This document shows, piece by piece, positions 61,748 to 64,000 of a stretch of DNA of 64,000 nucleotides. Source of the DNA: Leucoraja ocellata (lineage: Eukaryota); the NCBI GenBank assembly GCA_036785375.1, contig JAWMAR010000377.1:1736001-1800000 (forward strand), given 5' to 3'. How positions within the stretch are numbered: the first letter of the stretch is position 1; every line of letters begins with the position of its first letter. A program made the position numbers and the translations under genes. The notes beneath the pieces were generated by a model. It was not told the DNA's origin and did no database searches. It saw only the letters and a program-made list of their open reading frames with translations.

Positions 61748-62040
61748 ATGGCAGTACAATGGCGTAGTGATAGAGTTGCTGCCCTACAGCACCAGAGATC
61801 TGGGTTCGATCCTGACTACAGCTGCGGTCTGTGCAGAGTTTCCATGTTCTCTCTGCAACTGTGTGGGTCTTCTCCAGGTACTCCGGTTTCCTCCAACATT
61901 CCAAATACCAGCACGTTTCTAGGTTAATTGGATTCTGTAAAATTGCCCCTAGTATGTAGTGTATGGGTGATCATTGTTCAGCACAGACTCAGTGGGCTGA
62001 AGGGCCTGTTTCCACATTGTATCTCCAAATTAAACTAAAC
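61748..62040 (+). mobile_element. tRNA-derived HE1-like SINE
   Basis: A/B boxes and body as in the other copies. Confidence 0.85.
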
Positions 62041-62157
62041 ATCACCTGAGTGTTTGGGTGCATTCCGTTTCTCCCGAGCAATAGCTTCCTCTTGCATGAC
62101 ATTCTGCTCCTGATCAATGGCCAGGAAATCTGTATAGATAAGATCTAGGAAATTAAA

Positions 62158-62515
62158 TCAGTCTGAAGAAGAATCTCGACCCAAAACGTCACACATTCCT
62201 TCTCTCGAAAGATTTTGCCTGTCCCGCTGAATTACTCCAGCATTTTGTGTCTTTCTTCAGTTTAAACCAGCATCTGCAGTTCCTTCCTACACATTAAATC
62301 TCCCTGATGATGTGTCATGGAATATGTCAGTGATAGGTACACATTTGGTCTCTGAATACTCTGATAACTTAGATAACTTAGATGTGTGGGGAGGAACTGC
62401 AGATGCTGTTTTAAACTGAAGATAGACACAAAAAGCTTGAGTAACTCAGCGTGCCAGACTGCATCTCTGGGGAAAAGGAATAGGTGACGTTTCGGGTCGA
62501 GTCCCTTCTCCAGAT
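62158..62515. mobile_element. Two Penelope-derived short repeats, tail to tail
   Basis: Plus copy 62158-62293 and minus copy 62385-62513, each with a mutated hammerhead core. Confidence 0.75.
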
Positions 62516-62622
62516 AACAGGCCTGAAACTCAGACTTGGATATAAGGAATGGAATCTAGATAGCAGCTAATTAGAAAACAAATAAAAGAAGTAATGTTGT
62601 AAAAGATAAGTAACAGGTTAGT

Positions 62623-63041
62623 AGTAGGCCCCATTCGGTCATGACTGACCATCCTGGTCGGATGCAAGCCTGGGCGATGTCATATGGAGGACAGGCTATC
62701 GTCCATGCAGCACGTCCCCCCTCGCCATGTCGCTGATCGATCCAAAAGAACAGCAGGGCCGTTACAGTTTGGCACCAGCACCGTTGCAGGAGCTGCCAGA
62801 GCGAGGTTGTAGACAACGACGAACTGCCTTAGGGGCTCCGACTCTGGATTTTCTTGAGGTTTACTCCTGGAGCCTTTTACATGACTGGATATGGCCACAA
62901 GACAGTGGAGGTTTTAAATCAGAGTTTTCCCTCTCCTAGATGGGCTGCCTTCCCAGGCTGACGAGCCCATCTCCCCGAGACTTGTGGGGGCGAGAGCGTC
63001 TACCTTCCCGTGCAGGTCTATAGCACCTGCCCACTGCCCAC
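62623..63041 (-). mobile_element. Short non-coding RTE-derived retroposon with 11-bp TSD
   Basis: aacaggttagt at 62612-22 and 63042-52. RTE 5'UTR-like ggcagcccatctaggagagggaaaactctg and a (tac)n 3' tail. Confidence 0.65.
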
Positions 63042-64000
63042 AACAGGTTAGTGGTGTGTGCAAATTGGTGGTAAACATATTTTATGTGGGTAAGTGTGAG
63101 TTAATACGTTTACAGAAAAAGAAAGAAACGGAAGCATGGGATCATTGCCAAAATACAAAAGGACATGAATAAAGTGAGAGTCCTTGGAATTCAAATGCAT
63201 AATTTCATGAAAATTGTAACACAAGGAGGAAAGTTTGTGTGTAAAACACCATGAACATTTAGGGCTTACTATCAACAAAGAGAGGCTGAGTCAATTTTAT
63301 TAATTGTGCATTGGTCTAGAAAAGAGGCAATTTAAAATAATATGCTGAATTGCCTCTATCTTTGGTGTAAATATTTTTACTATTAGTACCTGAATCTAAA
63401 TTAGAATGTGCGCAATGTTTAAACTGATATTTTTTGGAATCCTATCACACTGTTATCTACATTTTGTTCTCTGTTAGATTATTTTTTACTATATGGTATA
63501 ATGGCAGTGCTGGCTCGAAGGGCCGAATGGCCTACTCCTGCACCTATTGTCTATGTATCTATGCAATCAGAATATTTTGTGACATTCACAAGTTATGATT
63601 TGAATTTTGCTAAGGGAAAATCATAAGTATATTACAGAACAGTGCCCTTGCGGCATGTACTGTAAGTCATTTCTATTTGCCTTTACAATTGGACTCTTTT
63701 CCTAATTATGTACCTTATCAGAAAATAATTTTTCTTGCTTAAGCTGCATACCTATCTCAATGAGTCGCATACATGTATAGGTTAAATAAAAAAAATAAAC
63801 ATGGTGAATATAGACATTTAGCAGGACAGGCAGCATCTGTGGAAAGTAAAATAGTTAATGTTTCAGTTTTGAGACCATTTGATCTGGGAAACAGTGCCTG
63901 AATCATTAGATAGCTAAAAAAAATATTTATTTCTCTTTACCACAAATGTTGCTTGAAGTGCTGAATGTTTCCAACATTTTCTATTTTTATTTCAGATTTT

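Overview
Repeat-dense eukaryotic (vertebrate) genomic DNA. The HE1-type SINE, CR1/HER1-type, Rex1/Babar and Penelope repeat set points to a cartilaginous fish, probably a skate or ray (inference). No host protein-coding exon could be identified with confidence. The clearest host landmark is a CpG-island promoter at ~37.3-38.2 kb with RFX X-box, NRF1 and E-box motifs. Almost all recognisable ORFs are decayed mobile elements: L1, CR1, Rex1/Babar, RTE, Penelope, Gypsy, Tc1, hAT, Harbinger-type MITEs, Helitron-like elements and a young, internally deleted class I-like ERV. Four observations stand out. (1) The ERV leader carries 7 tandem long hairpins. (2) The ERV is flanked by a 343-bp duplication and has one clipped LTR end. 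(3) One hAT-type family has left TIR-only inserts of 38, 26 and 17 bp with 8-bp TSDs, one of them in the promoter X-box. (4) A dispersed Penelope-derived repeat carries a minimal hammerhead ribozyme motif. Family assignments come from motif recognition by eye, and many boundaries are approximate.
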